Source: Bdellovibrionia bacterium (GTDB lineage: Bacteria; Bdellovibrionota; UBA1018). Taken from it: DNA of 17,500 nt. Positions 15,620 through 17,500 of the stretch are shown here, in pieces. Below the pieces are notes generated by a model. It saw nothing but the letters and a program-made list of their open reading frames with translations. It was not told the DNA's origin and did not search any database. Position 1 is the stretch's first letter; each line of letters begins with the position of its first letter. The DNA lies in assembly GCA_045805065.1 (NCBI GenBank), contig JBJMMA010000126.1, forward strand, positions 1 to 17,500, given 5' to 3'. A program made the position numbers and the translations under genes.

Positions 15620-16876
15620 ATGAACGACTTTTCGGAAGACGAAAAAACCGATCCATCGATTATTTTGCCAGCCGGTTTCCCGGGCCCCGCCCCTGAGGCG
15701 ACCAAATCTCAAGTCGTACCTCCTCCGCCGCCTCTGATGCAGGCGTCAGCTCAAGCTTCGGGTCAAATTTCCAGTCAGGCTTCTGGCCAGGTTACCGTTG
15801 CTCAAGCGCCAGCCGCGCAAACTTCCGCGGCACCTACGATTCGAATGCCTGAAATGGGAATCTTGAATTCTTTCATGAAGGATCCAGAAGTCACCGAGAT
15901 CATGGTGAATGATCTGCGCAACATCATGATCGAAAAGAACGGTCAGGTTTTTCAATCGCCTCAGCACTTCACTTCAATCGAAGAGCTTCAGCGACTGACC
16001 CGGACCATTTTGGATATCACCGGCCGTGTCTTGAGCCCTGACTCTCCCTATGTTGATACGATGCTGCCGGATGGCTCTCGCGTGAACATTGTTACGCAGC
16101 CTCTGACTCAGCTTGGCCCATGCCTGACGATTCGCAAGTTTCCAACTCGTCGATATACGCTCGAAGATCTGATCCAAAACGGGCTCATGGACAAACGCAT
16201 GGGCTACCTGCTCCAAGCCTGCACGGTAGGAAGACTCAATCTGATCATCTCGGGCGGAACCGGAAGCGGAAAAACCACCCTTCTGAATGCTCTTGCGATG
16301 ACGATCCCTAAGGTTGAACGAGTCGTCACCATCGAGGACACTCCTGAACTCATCATTCAGCAGATCAACAGCGTGAAGCTTCAGACCAAGCCTCAAATGC
16401 CAGCGTCCCCTCCTGTGACGGCTCGCGAGCTGGTCGCCAATTCATTGAGAATGCGCCCTGACCGCATCATCCTGGGCGAATGCCGCCGCGGCGAAGCCTT
16501 TGATATGCTTCAAGCCATGAACACCGGACATGCGGGATCCATGACAACGATTCATGCCAACTCCGCTCGTGATGCTTTATCGCGCCTGGAGACCCTGTGC
16601 ATGCTGGCGGGAGTTGATCTTCCCGTGATTGCCATTCGCCGCCAGATCGCCGAAGCCATCGACGTCATCGTTCAAACCAAGCGCTTTCGCGATGGCAAGC
16701 GTCGTGTGACTGGCATCAGCGAAGTCACGGGCATGGAAGGCGAAATTATCACGACCCAAGACATCTTCATGACATCGCCCGACGGTGCGCAATTCAAGTG
16801 CACGGGATTTGTCCCGACATTCCTTGAGCGCTTGAAAGAGAATGGCGTGGATTTGCCTGCTGGGTTCTTCGCCTAA
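15620..16876 (+). CDS. cpaF: CpaF/TadA-family pilus assembly ATPase
   Basis: DPEVTEIMVN, LPDGSRVN, TIRKF, Walker A GGTGSGKTT, TIEDTPEL, LRMRPDRIILGECR, AMNTGHAGSMTTIHAN and EVTGMEG. Preceded by a ~75-aa Pro/Ala/Gln-rich disordered N-terminus. Confidence 0.93.
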   Translation: MNDFSEDEKTDPSIILPAGFPGPAPEATKSQVVPPPPPLMQASAQASGQISSQASGQVTVAQAPAAQTSAAPTIRMPEMGILNSFMKDPEVTEIMVNDLRNIMIEKNGQVFQSPQHFTSIEELQRLTRTILDITGRVLSPDSPYVDTMLPDGSRVNIVTQPLTQLGPCLTIRKFPTRRYTLEDLIQNGLMDKRMGYLLQACTVGRLNLIISGGTGSGKTTLLNALAMTIPKVERVVTIEDTPELIIQQINSVKLQTKPQMPASPPVTARELVANSLRMRPDRIILGECRRGEAFDMLQAMNTGHAGSMTTIHANSARDALSRLETLCMLAGVDLPVIAIRRQIAEAIDVIVQTKRFRDGKRRVTGISEVTGMEGEIITTQDIFMTSPDGAQFKCTGFVPTFLERLKENGVDLPAGFFA

Positions 16877-16907
16877 AAAAAGCGTAGGTTTGCCTGCAGG
16901 TTTTTTT
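16875..16907 (+). terminator. Intrinsic (possibly bidirectional) terminator after cpaF
   Basis: A7 - GC - GTAGG - TTTG - CCTGC - AGG - T7, starting at the stop codon. Confidence 0.65.
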
Positions 16908-17018
16908 GCTTAGTGAGTAAATGGGGCTCGCCTAGTTTCGAAGCCCGAGCGGGACTTGCTTACTGATCAACTCAAGCGAATGAGCAAAAGTAAACTTGAA
17001 ATAGTCAGTCTCAAATCA

Positions 17019-17034
17019 CCTGTCCCGGGACAGG
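17019..17034. repeat. Perfect 16-bp palindrome CCTGTCCCGGGACAGG
   Basis: CCTGTCCC is followed immediately by its reverse complement GGGACAGG; a GC-rich island in AT-rich DNA. Confidence 0.9.
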
Positions 17035-17241
17035 CTAAATAGAATTATAAAAACTTATTGACGGAATTTTAGAGCGCAGTTTTTTGATCTTGAGATCGAG
17101 TTTTATAATTAGCCTGATCAAGCTTATTTTGGCTCGAATTTAACGAACGCATCCAAAATCAAAAGCAAAAATAAACTCACCTAGTTCGTTCGCCATAAGG
17201 CAGGCCAGAGGCCTCAAAAACCCCATGCTATAGCCTCGTTC

Positions 17242-17500
17242 ATGACAAAGAGTTTTACCGTTTTACACGAAAGAGCGATTCAAATCTCCAAGGCGTATTT
17301 GAAAGCAGAGAGTGATTTAATCGCCGTTCTTCAACAGATTGATGACTGCAAAGGCTATCGAGAGATCGGACATAAAAGTCTTTTTGAATATGCCACTCAG
17401 GCATTAGGTCTCTCTGAGAGCATCAGTTACAACCTCATCACCATTGCAAGAAAGTCGCGTGAAGTCCCAAAGCTCCAAGAGATGATTCGTGATCAGAAAG
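17242..17500 (+). CDS. N-terminus of a probable DUF222-like / HNH endonuclease family protein; runs off the right edge
   Basis: Not in the ORF track; translated by hand: MTKSFTVLHERAIQISKAYLKAESDLIAVLQQIDDCKGYREIGHKSLFEYATQALGLSESISYNLITIARKSREVPKLQEMIRDQK. The 'L..iD....Y...G..SLF.Y....LGLSE...Y..I..AR....P.L' pattern is one I recognise from multicopy HNH-annotated proteins of Bdellovibrionota/myxobacteria. The HNH domain itself is not visible in the window. Confidence 0.7.
   Translation, partial: MTKSFTVLHERAIQISKAYLKAESDLIAVLQQIDDCKGYREIGHKSLFEYATQALGLSESISYNLITIARKSREVPKLQEMIRDQK

Noticed and set aside
17058..17109. TTGACG and TATAAT as a sigma70 promoter
   Set aside because: They are 40 nt apart, and neither has a partner at 16-18 nt spacing.
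16908..17241. CRISPR/TIGR-like array, tRNA or IscB-omegaRNA (HEARO) call
   Set aside because: No regularly spaced repeats and no cloverleaf or T-loop motif. The downstream protein lacks the IscB PLMP start. Kept only as an unassigned structured region.

Overview
A gene-dense bacterial chromosomal window of about 52% GC. Gene content and protein style suggest a Bdellovibrionota-type organism (inference). In order it holds: the 5' end of ftsK (minus strand, missed by the ORF track), a ROK kinase, a stand-alone receiver protein, a candidate promoter-driven G-loop sRNA, a small outer-membrane beta-barrel, a CoA-type Nudix hydrolase, an NtrC-family regulator with its sensor kinase, a secreted Lys-rich small protein, EpmA, a circularly permuted ATP-grasp (type 2) protein, a secreted trypsin-like protease, an MdlA/MdlB-type ABC exporter pair, an S4-RluA pseudouridine synthase, an orphan CpaF/TadA ATPase, and the 5' end of a probable DUF222-like/HNH-family gene (also not in the ORF track). 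No tRNA, rRNA, CRISPR array or transposase was seen. The most notable observations are: (1) a ~330-nt AT-rich, heavily structured region with a perfect 16-bp palindrome directly upstream of the DUF222/HNH-like gene; (2) an ATP-grasp ligase with an apparent signal peptide, a sigma28-like promoter and no alpha-E partner; (3) an NtrC-type regulator with the whole GAFTGA loop deleted; (4) the candidate sRNA at 1889-1973; (5) EpmA with an OB-fold-like N-terminal remnant; (6) repeated signs of leaderless initiation, including two near-palindromic divergent junctions of only 17-23 bp.
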